This document shows positions 10,398 to 18,093 of a DNA stretch of 64,000 nt, piece by piece. The first letter of the stretch is position 1; each line of letters opens with the position of its first letter. The notes beneath the pieces are model-generated. The model worked only from the letters and a program-made list of their open reading frames with translations, did not search any database and was not told where the DNA came from. Location of the stretch: NCBI GenBank assembly GCA_963794325.1, contig CAWCDG010000007.1:32001-96000 (forward strand), in the 5' to 3' direction. Position numbers and translations under genes: made by a program. This stretch comes from an uncultured delta proteobacterium (lineage in GTDB: Bacteria; Desulfobacterota; Binatia; Binatales; Binataceae).

Positions 10398-11579
10398 ATG
10401 GCTTATGCACCTGCTAATCGCGCGATGTATGACGCTGACAGCCATATCATGGAGCTTCCGGATTTTCTGCAGAAGTACGCCGATCCGGAGCTGCGCAACG
10501 ACATCCCGGCGGTAAGCTACAGCGCGTCGCTGGTCACCGACGAGGAAGTCGCGGAGATCATGGCGCGCGGCGGGCGGCATACTGAGCAGCACGTCGCCGA
10601 GCTGATCGCGCTTGGCGATAATCTAATCGAGAGGTCGAAAGAGATTCAGGCGTTGGGTGCGTTTGATGGACGCGAGCGCTCGAAGGCGATCGACATGCTC
10701 GGGTTCAAGAAACAACTGGTGTTCGCGACCCATAGTGTCACGATGCCGTTTTCGCCAAGCTCGAAAATCTCGCCGAAGCTGCGCTATGGCGCGGCGCGCG
10801 CGCACAATCGGCACATGGCGGAATTCTGCGGGAATGACTCGCGCCTGATGGGCGTCGCGATCGCGCCGCTGGACGTGCCCGAACTCGCGCTCGAGGAACT
10901 CGAGTTCGCGCTGAAGAGCGGCGCCGAAGCCATCTGGGTGCCCCATCACCCGTGCGGCGGCCGCTCTCCCGGACACGTCGAGTTCGATCCTTTCTGGACA
11001 CGGCTGGTCGAGTCGAACACTCCGTTCGTGATGCATGTCGGTGGATCGCCGCTGCAATTGGATAAGGCGTGGATAAACAATGGCCGGCCGCCGGTCAAAG
11101 ACTGGATGGGCGGCGGCGAGAATCTTCGCACCAAGGACATGGCCGTGCTGCATCAGGGGCCGGAGACGTTTCTTTCGATGATGTTGATCGACGGCGTATT
11201 CGAACGGTTTCCGAAACTGCGCGGCGGATGTATCGAGCTGGGCGCGGGATGGGTACCGGCGATGCTCGTGCGGCTGGACTGGACGGTAAAAATTTGGAGC
11301 AAGACGGATGCGAACCTCGCGCGCTTCACGCGCAAGCCGTCGGAACAGCTCACGCAACAGATGGCATTCACGCCGTTCGTGTTCGAGGACGTTGGCGCCC
11401 TGATCGATCAGTCAAATCCGGAGCTGTACCTGTTCTCGACCGACTACCCGCACACCGAAGGCGGCCGCAACCCAATCGCGCGCTTCGAGACCTCGCTGGG
11501 AGATCGCTCCGAGCAAATCCGCGACCGGTTTTATTCCGAAAACTTTCTGCGTATTTTTCCTGAAGCACGCGCGTCGTAA
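10398..11579 (+). CDS. Amidohydrolase_2 family protein
   Basis: DADSH, MHVGG, ERFPKLR..IELGAGW, FSTDYPH. Confidence 0.9.
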   Translation: MAYAPANRAMYDADSHIMELPDFLQKYADPELRNDIPAVSYSASLVTDEEVAEIMARGGRHTEQHVAELIALGDNLIERSKEIQALGAFDGRERSKAIDMLGFKKQLVFATHSVTMPFSPSSKISPKLRYGAARAHNRHMAEFCGNDSRLMGVAIAPLDVPELALEELEFALKSGAEAIWVPHHPCGGRSPGHVEFDPFWTRLVESNTPFVMHVGGSPLQLDKAWINNGRPPVKDWMGGGENLRTKDMAVLHQGPETFLSMMLIDGVFERFPKLRGGCIELGAGWVPAMLVRLDWTVKIWSKTDANLARFTRKPSEQLTQQMAFTPFVFEDVGALIDQSNPELYLFSTDYPHTEGGRNPIARFETSLGDRSEQIRDRFYSENFLRIFPEARAS

Positions 11580-11603
11580 ACGCGCATCTAACAGGGGGGA
11601 CAG

Positions 11604-12578
11604 ATGGCTCATTTTCTTACCGTACCGATCAATGAGAACGGGATTATCACCGACAAAAACATCGGCATGGAAATCCAACGCGCCGCGGTTGCGCCGTTCG
11701 CGTTTACTGATGTCTTCCTCTACTCGCATGGATGGTGGACCAATGCGACGGCGTCGATGGCCGACTACAATGATTTCTCGATCGGGTTCGCGCGCACGCT
11801 CGAGAGTTTGATCCATCGAAATCCGAACCCACTTCGGAACATCGTGCCTGGGTTTTCCGCGCTTAGCGTCGGCGTGCATTGGCCTTCGATGCTTTCGGAA
11901 GACGACGACTCGATGGTGAATTTCGCGGAAGCCTCCTCTTTTTTCACGATGGAATATCGAGCCGACGATGTTGGCCAGACCGCCGGCTATGCCTTGCTGC
12001 GCCTTCTGCTCCAGAGCCGACAAGGCGCAACGCCGTTCAGGTTTCATCTGCTCGGGCACAGTTTCGGCTGTCGAGTAGTGCTGTCGACCCTGGAACAATT
12101 GACCAAAGACGCAAATACCCTGCCGCTGGCTGCTCAAACCCAGTTCAACGTGGTTTTGATAGAAGCTGCCGCGGATTCCGATTCGTTGGCACCGGGCAGG
12201 CTCTATGAAAATATTTTGACGAGTATCCCGAACATCAAAATACTGGCCACCACGTCGGCTAACGACAGAGCGGTGAACACGTTGTATCCGGTGGCGCAGG
12301 GACTCGCGCACATCTTCAATCACCCGCTGGATCCTATTACTGCGATGGGTGCGGTGGGGTTCGACACTGCCCCTGCACCGAACGCCATTCAAAACATTGC
12401 GATCGGCCCTGGAAACGTTCCGGCGCCGGCTGGAAGGTTTGTAGTGGCGGACCTTACGCCGCTCCATCAAGCTCGACGTCTTGCCGACCCGACGGTGTAC
12501 AACAGCTTTTCGGGCCAACATTCAGACATTTATCTGGACGAGATTTACCAGCTGATCGCCATGTTTCTCGGTACTTGA
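11604..12578 (+). CDS. Alpha/beta-hydrolase (DUF900-like esterase)
   Basis: SHGW, WPS, GHSFG nucleophile elbow, C-terminal HSDI. Confidence 0.72.
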   Translation: MAHFLTVPINENGIITDKNIGMEIQRAAVAPFAFTDVFLYSHGWWTNATASMADYNDFSIGFARTLESLIHRNPNPLRNIVPGFSALSVGVHWPSMLSEDDDSMVNFAEASSFFTMEYRADDVGQTAGYALLRLLLQSRQGATPFRFHLLGHSFGCRVVLSTLEQLTKDANTLPLAAQTQFNVVLIEAAADSDSLAPGRLYENILTSIPNIKILATTSANDRAVNTLYPVAQGLAHIFNHPLDPITAMGAVGFDTAPAPNAIQNIAIGPGNVPAPAGRFVVADLTPLHQARRLADPTVYNSFSGQHSDIYLDEIYQLIAMFLGT

Positions 12579-12583
12579 AAGTC

Positions 12584-12620
12584 AGCGGCGGCGGACTTGA
12601 TAGTCCGCCGCCGCTTTCGC
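12584..12620. terminator. Likely bidirectional intrinsic terminator
   Basis: Perfect 14-bp stem AGCGGCGGCGGACT-tgat-AGTCCGCCGCCGCT between convergent genes. Confidence 0.7.
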
Positions 12621-12631
12621 ATCAGACTCGA

Positions 12632-13642
12632 TCACGCTTCGACCCGGCTCGGGCGCATCCGGAGAATCGGGTGCGAGTTGCCCAGGCATTCGCGCAGCAC
12701 TCCGAGATAGCTGCGCGACACGTGAACCGACTCCTTGAAGTCCGACTTCGACATCAGCACGCGATGGAGTTCCGGCAACCGGTAGAACGGAACGCTCGGG
12801 TAGAAATGATGTTCGATGTGATAGTTCACGTTCTTCGGCGCGACGAAGATGTGCGCTAGCAGCGACGCGCCCGTGGACCTGGTCTGCGCGTACGCGTTGG
12901 CGCGACCTTCGATTGCGGAATGTTCGGCGATGCTGCGGATGCGGAAGATCACCGTCATCCAGGTGAACAACGGCACGAACCAGTACATAAGGAGAAGGTG
13001 AATCGCGCCGAACCACGCGAGCACTGTGATCACTGCGGCGTAGAAGCCGTATCGTGCCACCAGGAACCCGCGACTCACGCCCGCGTCCCGCGAGAGAAGC
13101 ATCAACGCCAGCTTGAGATAGTAGATAGCGCCCAGGCCCGACAGATCGCGAAGCATCAACAGAGTGAGCCGGCTCCAATGCTTCGGAAATACCCACGTCG
13201 GGTCACCCTGGCGGCGCGCCCAGTCGGGATCCTTGGCAGAATTCAGGTAGCGATGATGCGCGAAATGGTTCCTGCGATAGGCGCGTGCCGAAATGAGGTT
13301 CGGCCACGCGAGGATAATTTCGGCGGTCCAATCGTTCAGGCGCCGGCCACGGAAGAGGCGATAATGAACGCCGTCGTGCATCAGGATGAGTAGCGCGTGT
13401 TGGCGCGCACCGATGAACGCCACGGTCAGAAGGTACAGCGCGAGGTTGAAATGACGCTGGCATAGAAAGATCGCAGTCAGTATCAGCATCCATTCCGCGA
13501 CGATATGAAGAGTGCTCCGGAGCGGGCTTAGCGCGGACAAATCGCGCAGCTCCTCCCTGGTCAGCTTGACCGGGATGGCGCCGTCGAGATCGTCGGACGG
13601 GCGTTCCTGTGCACCGCGATCTTTGGTCAGATCGATATTCAT
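12632..13642 (-). CDS. Membrane fatty-acid desaturase superfamily protein
   Basis: Three His boxes HDGVH, HFAHH, HIEHH plus AEH; TM segments; GAGG RBS. Confidence 0.92.
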   Translation of the reverse strand: MNIDLTKDRGAQERPSDDLDGAIPVKLTREELRDLSALSPLRSTLHIVAEWMLILTAIFLCQRHFNLALYLLTVAFIGARQHALLILMHDGVHYRLFRGRRLNDWTAEIILAWPNLISARAYRRNHFAHHRYLNSAKDPDWARRQGDPTWVFPKHWSRLTLLMLRDLSGLGAIYYLKLALMLLSRDAGVSRGFLVARYGFYAAVITVLAWFGAIHLLLMYWFVPLFTWMTVIFRIRSIAEHSAIEGRANAYAQTRSTGASLLAHIFVAPKNVNYHIEHHFYPSVPFYRLPELHRVLMSKSDFKESVHVSRSYLGVLRECLGNSHPILRMRPSRVEA

Positions 13643-13729
13643 AGTTTTTCCTCGTTTGATTGAATCCGCTTGATAGCGGCGGATTGAGTGAATGTTGTGT
13701 TCAATCCTCCGGATCGTCGAAGAATCGAT

Positions 13730-14413
13730 TCAGGCATGCGCAGGCATGGCAGGTATCTCGCCGACACCGAGCGGACAGCGATTTGCCGCCGGCCTCAACC
13801 GATCGGATCTGTCGAACCGGACGGTGCGATAGTTGTCCGGGGTTTCGATCTTCAAGCGATGTACATTTGAGGTGAGTTTCGCCAGCGCTTCTCCCTCGAG
13901 GACCATCGGCTGAACCCAGAGCCGGCCGTCGTCCGGTCCCTCGAGATACGGATACTCCACGGGCACGCCAGCCTTGACGAAGCCCATAGCCCTGTAAAAT
14001 CCGCCATGATCGGACCTTCCCGCAGCCAGATAGACGAGTACCGCGTCAGGATTCCTGCGAACGACCTGAACTGCGATTCCGCGCCACGCGTGCATGCCAG
14101 CGCCGCGTGACAGCGACCAATGATCGCTGCATTCCAGCACCGATTGAGGCGCGTATCGCGAGAGGTCTGGCTCACTACAGCTTTGCGGATGGGCGGCGAG
14201 GTCATGAAGTGCGACCCCGGCTGTCATGCTCTGCAAGCCGTCGTGGTCGATTTCGAACAATCCATAGAGGCCTGCGGCGGCCAGACGCCGCTTATTTTTC
14301 GCCTGCGAGCGGCCGATATCTCTGAAGGTGGCCCCGTGGCGAGCGCGTGCTTGTGCAAGGCGTTGGGCGAACAGGTCTCGTTCGTCCTCTGTCGTTAAGA
14401 GGCGCATTTCCAT
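13730..14413 (-). CDS. Putative GNAT-fold N-acyltransferase (FeeM/LuxI-superfamily-like)
   Basis: AAGGAG RBS before ATG 14413; VLECS, SRGAG and FYRAMGFVKAGVPVEYP...VQPMVL resemble acyl-ACP-dependent N-acyl synthase motifs; family call by pattern only. Confidence 0.55.
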   Translation of the reverse strand: MEMRLLTTEDERDLFAQRLAQARARHGATFRDIGRSQAKNKRRLAAAGLYGLFEIDHDGLQSMTAGVALHDLAAHPQSCSEPDLSRYAPQSVLECSDHWSLSRGAGMHAWRGIAVQVVRRNPDAVLVYLAAGRSDHGGFYRAMGFVKAGVPVEYPYLEGPDDGRLWVQPMVLEGEALAKLTSNVHRLKIETPDNYRTVRFDRSDRLRPAANRCPLGVGEIPAMPAHA

Positions 14414-14763
14414 TGGATGACTCCTTTTTGTTGCGATGAGCGATTGGCGAAATGAGCGAGGCGAGGTAGTCAAGCCCCGGAGGAGGCGGACTGCGGGCGT
14501 TTGCCGCGCAGCGACCCGGCATAGCAAAAAGTTGACGTTCCAGAGACCTGAAATGTGATAGGAGAATCATTTAAAAGAGAGGATCAGTCATTTTTAACTC
14601 CATCCGATGACAAATAGTCAACACAGAAATGAGCGGATCGCGATGATTGTTGGTCGCATGAAATCGAGATCAGGCGTGGTTTCTTCTAGACGGACGTTGT
14701 GATACGTAAACTAACGTTAGGCGTCTTTAACTGGCGGAGCGTGGTCTGTATAAACTCGGGGTC

Positions 14764-15591
14764 ATGTCGGGGGTGAGCGTGACAGTCAGGGGAACCAGCA
14801 ACAAATCGTCTTTCGACGTGCTCGCGTCGGAAATTGTGAAGGCGAGCAGGTCGCGGACTTCAATCGGCTCTCGCGGTGCGACTGCGGAGATTCAGTCACT
14901 TGAGCAACAGGACTACGGGCGCTCGCTCAGAACATTGCTGGGGCGATCCGAGGTTCGGCAGATTCTGGCGGAAGCGAGAAGCTCCGTGTGGCCGCGCTTG
15001 AACGCCGAATCGGTGCGGTTGGTTTCGCCGACGGAATTCACACGACTATGGTCGCGGTTAGGAGTTCAGTTCAAGTTGGCAAGCCTGCGCGGAGCGGAAG
15101 GACTCGCGCTGTTAGGATTTTACGTGCGGGAAATGGGCGGATCGCGGTTGCCTCTAATCTGCGTGAATACGGCGCATCACCCTGCAGCGATCGGTGCGGC
15201 ATTCTCTCACGAAATGGGCCATCACCTGATCGGACGTCTTTTTGATTCGCACAAACAACACGCCCAGTTGTTGACCAACACAGCCTATGGAGAGCATCTG
15301 TTCGATCGTGAGGAACTGGCTGCGGATATTCTGGTGAGCCTGGGCGTATTTCCCCAGGCGATCGCGCGTAAGATTTTTTTGAAATCCCAGCAGGGGAAAC
15401 AGGCCCGGTCCCGGTCCGCGCCCGCGATACTCCCGGATTCAACCTCGGCGAAGGTGCTCAAATATTTCGAGGATCAATTCGGTCTTACCTTCGGCGGCCA
15501 GCTTCCCTCCGGCAAGAAGCTTCAGTATCTGGCCGGGGTGATTCATTTTGCAAAATTGAGACGCGCTCTTCTGACCGAATACGGCATGTGA
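14764..15591 (+). CDS. ImmA/IrrE (peptidase M78)-like HEXXH protein
   Basis: LICVN...AFSHEMGHHL then EELAADILV..FP, the M78 pattern; no HTH recognised. Confidence 0.65.
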   Translation: MSGVSVTVRGTSNKSSFDVLASEIVKASRSRTSIGSRGATAEIQSLEQQDYGRSLRTLLGRSEVRQILAEARSSVWPRLNAESVRLVSPTEFTRLWSRLGVQFKLASLRGAEGLALLGFYVREMGGSRLPLICVNTAHHPAAIGAAFSHEMGHHLIGRLFDSHKQHAQLLTNTAYGEHLFDREELAADILVSLGVFPQAIARKIFLKSQQGKQARSRSAPAILPDSTSAKVLKYFEDQFGLTFGGQLPSGKKLQYLAGVIHFAKLRRALLTEYGM

Positions 15592-15722
15592 GGCCAGCAA
15601 GCATCCGTTCCTGATTCTTCAGGGCACTGCCGCTCCCGGCTTGTGCGTGGATCCGATTTACTTCTAGGATCATTCGGCTCCTAGTTTTAGACTTCGAGGA
15701 AATCTGGTCGAGGAGAGACGAT

Positions 15723-16934
15723 ATGGAACTGGCACCCAAGCGGGCCGGATTCGCGCCGGAACGAATCAATCGGATCACCGAGCATCTCGACAAGAATTAC
15801 GTCGCGCCGGGCAAAATCGCCGGATGCCAGACGCTGGTCGCGCGGCATGGGCACGTCGCCTATTTCAAATCGCAGGGCCTGATGGATCGAGAGCGCCGCA
15901 AGCCTCTCGCGGACGACACGATCTTTCGGCTGTATTCGATGACCAAGCCGATCACGTCGGTCGCATTGATGACGCTCTTCGAGCAGGGGCACTTCCAGCT
16001 CAACGATCCAGTGTCGCGATTCATCCCGGCGTGGCGCGATCACAGAGTGTGGGTATCCGGCGAGGGCGCGAGCATGGAGACGGCGGCGCCGTCGCGGCCG
16101 ATGACGATGCGTCACGTGCTTAGCCACACTGGCGGTCTCACATATGGTGCGACCAATCATCCTGTCGACCGGGCATATCGCGAAGCGGGAGTGGGGCGAG
16201 GTGCCGGCGAGACGCTAAGCGGGTTCGCGGAAAAGCTGGCGAAGGTGCCGCTACGTTATCAGCCGGGAGAGCGCTGGATGTACTCGCTGTCGACCGACGT
16301 ATGCGGTTACCTGGTCGAGGCGATCTCAGGAAAACGTTTCGATCAATACTTGCAGGAAACTATTTTCGACCCGCTCGACATGAAGGATACATCGTTCATG
16401 GTTGCGCCTCGCAAGGCGGATCGTTTTGCCGCCAACTACGAGCGGCAGGCCGATAAGAGTCTCAAGCTGATAGACGATCCGGAGCGGAGTAACTATCTGA
16501 AGCAGCCGACGTTCTTCTCCGGCGGCGGAGGACTTACCGGCACGACCGCCGACTATCTGCGCTTTTGCGAGATGCTGCGCCGCGGCGGCGAGTTGGACGG
16601 TGTGCGCATCCTGGGACCTCGCACAATTGAGTTGATGCATCTTAACCACCTGGCGGGCGGTAAAGACCTGAGCCAGATGGCGATTGGCGCGTTCTCGGAG
16701 ACTGCCTATGAAGGTGTAGGTTTCGGGCTGGGCTTCGCGATGACGCTTGGACAGGTCGAAGCGGGCGCGCTTGGAGGCGGGGACTACTATTGGGGCGGCG
16801 CCGCGTCCACTATATTCTGGGTGGATCCCAAGGAGGACTTGGTCGTGATCTTCATGACCCAGTTGATGCCCTCGGCTACGTTCAATTTCCGTGGACAACT
16901 AAGAAACATCATCTACTCGGCTATCGTCGAGTGA
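15723..16934 (+). CDS. Serine hydrolase, beta-lactamase/EstB family
   Basis: YSMTK (SxxK), HTGGLTY, QPGERWMYS, WGG. Confidence 0.92.
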   Translation: MELAPKRAGFAPERINRITEHLDKNYVAPGKIAGCQTLVARHGHVAYFKSQGLMDRERRKPLADDTIFRLYSMTKPITSVALMTLFEQGHFQLNDPVSRFIPAWRDHRVWVSGEGASMETAAPSRPMTMRHVLSHTGGLTYGATNHPVDRAYREAGVGRGAGETLSGFAEKLAKVPLRYQPGERWMYSLSTDVCGYLVEAISGKRFDQYLQETIFDPLDMKDTSFMVAPRKADRFAANYERQADKSLKLIDDPERSNYLKQPTFFSGGGGLTGTTADYLRFCEMLRRGGELDGVRILGPRTIELMHLNHLAGGKDLSQMAIGAFSETAYEGVGFGLGFAMTLGQVEAGALGGGDYYWGGAASTIFWVDPKEDLVVIFMTQLMPSATFNFRGQLRNIIYSAIVE

Positions 16935-16944
16935 GGAGTGCGCG

Positions 16945-17907
16945 ATGAAGGCTGCGGTTTACTATCAAAACGGCGGGCCAGAAGTTCTCAAGTATGAAGA
17001 CGTGCCCGATCCTGAATGCCATCCTAAAGGAGTAGTGATTCGTGTCGAGGCTGTAAGTATCGAAGGCGGCGACACGCTTAACCGATGGCATGGTGCGCTG
17101 GCCAGTAAGCCTCATGTGGTTGGGTACCAGGCCGGCGGCGAAATCGTCCAGGTTGGATCGGAGGTGACGGACCTGAAGGTAGGACAGAAGGTCACCACCG
17201 TCTTCGGAGCCGGTTCTCATGCGGCTTTGCGGGCGGTGCCGGCGCGCAACGCATGGCCGGTGCCTAAGGGGTTCGACATCAAGCTGGCCGCGGCTATCCC
17301 CGTGCCATTCGGCACCGCGGACGATTGCCTGTTCGAGTTCGGGCATTTGAACTCGAACGAGACAGTCCTGGTGCAGGCGGGCGCCAGCGGCGTAGGTGTC
17401 GCAGCGATTCAACTGGCCAAGCGCGCAGGCGCGACTGTTCTAGCGACGGCGTCGAGCAACGAACGGCTGGAACGGCTTAAGCCGCTAGGCCTCGACCATG
17501 GCATCAACTATAAGACTGACGACGTTGTGAAGTCGGTGATGAAGATAACTCACAACCGGGGCGTCGATCTCGTGGTTGACCCGGTAGGTGGCGCTACCCT
17601 CCAAGGCAGCCTGCTATCGCTCGCTTATCGCGGACGCGTGTCGATGGTCGGATCGGCGGGACGCGAAGCGATGACCGTCGATGTCTCTTCGTTGATGGCG
17701 GGCAATCGATCCTTGACGGGAGTCTTTCTGGGAGCCGAGATAGGGACCGATCGCGCGCATAACATGATCCAGCGTCTGATCGACGAAGCAGCTCGAGGCG
17801 AGTTAAAGGTCGTAATCGATCGAACCTTCCCGCTGTCGGAGGCTGCGGCCGCTCACGCTTACATCGAGAGCCGGCAAGCTGTCGGCAGGGTTCTGCTTAT
17901 CCCCTAG
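16945..17907 (+). CDS. NADPH:quinone oxidoreductase, MDR superfamily
   Basis: GGPEVL, AGASGVG, GVDLVVDPVGG, AAHAYIESRQAVGRVLL. Confidence 0.9.
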   Translation: MKAAVYYQNGGPEVLKYEDVPDPECHPKGVVIRVEAVSIEGGDTLNRWHGALASKPHVVGYQAGGEIVQVGSEVTDLKVGQKVTTVFGAGSHAALRAVPARNAWPVPKGFDIKLAAAIPVPFGTADDCLFEFGHLNSNETVLVQAGASGVGVAAIQLAKRAGATVLATASSNERLERLKPLGLDHGINYKTDDVVKSVMKITHNRGVDLVVDPVGGATLQGSLLSLAYRGRVSMVGSAGREAMTVDVSSLMAGNRSLTGVFLGAEIGTDRAHNMIQRLIDEAARGELKVVIDRTFPLSEAAAAHAYIESRQAVGRVLLIP

Positions 17908-18063
17908 CAGGGTGTTGAGGAAACCCCGACGATGAATCCTTCCGCAAAATTGATTTCAACACCCTGCGTAAAAGCTGGCCGCTTTCCTTTATCTTCTCTC
18001 CCGCTCTGTTGCGGGGGAGATAAGAGAGGGGGAGCAGGCCGTGATTTATCAACGGCCTGCTAG
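17904..18063. mobile_element. IS5-like MITE relic with CTAG direct repeats
   Basis: CTAG|CAGGGTGTTGA ... TCAACGGCCTG|CTAG; internal copies of both ends and a REP-like hairpin. Confidence 0.55.
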
Positions 18064-18093
18064 GATCACAGTCTTCGCGGATAGCAGCGAAGA

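Noticed and set aside
14524-14543. Sigma-54 promoter for the acyl synthase (TGGAAC...TTGCT)
   Set aside because: GG-to-GC spacing is 14 nt, not the required 10
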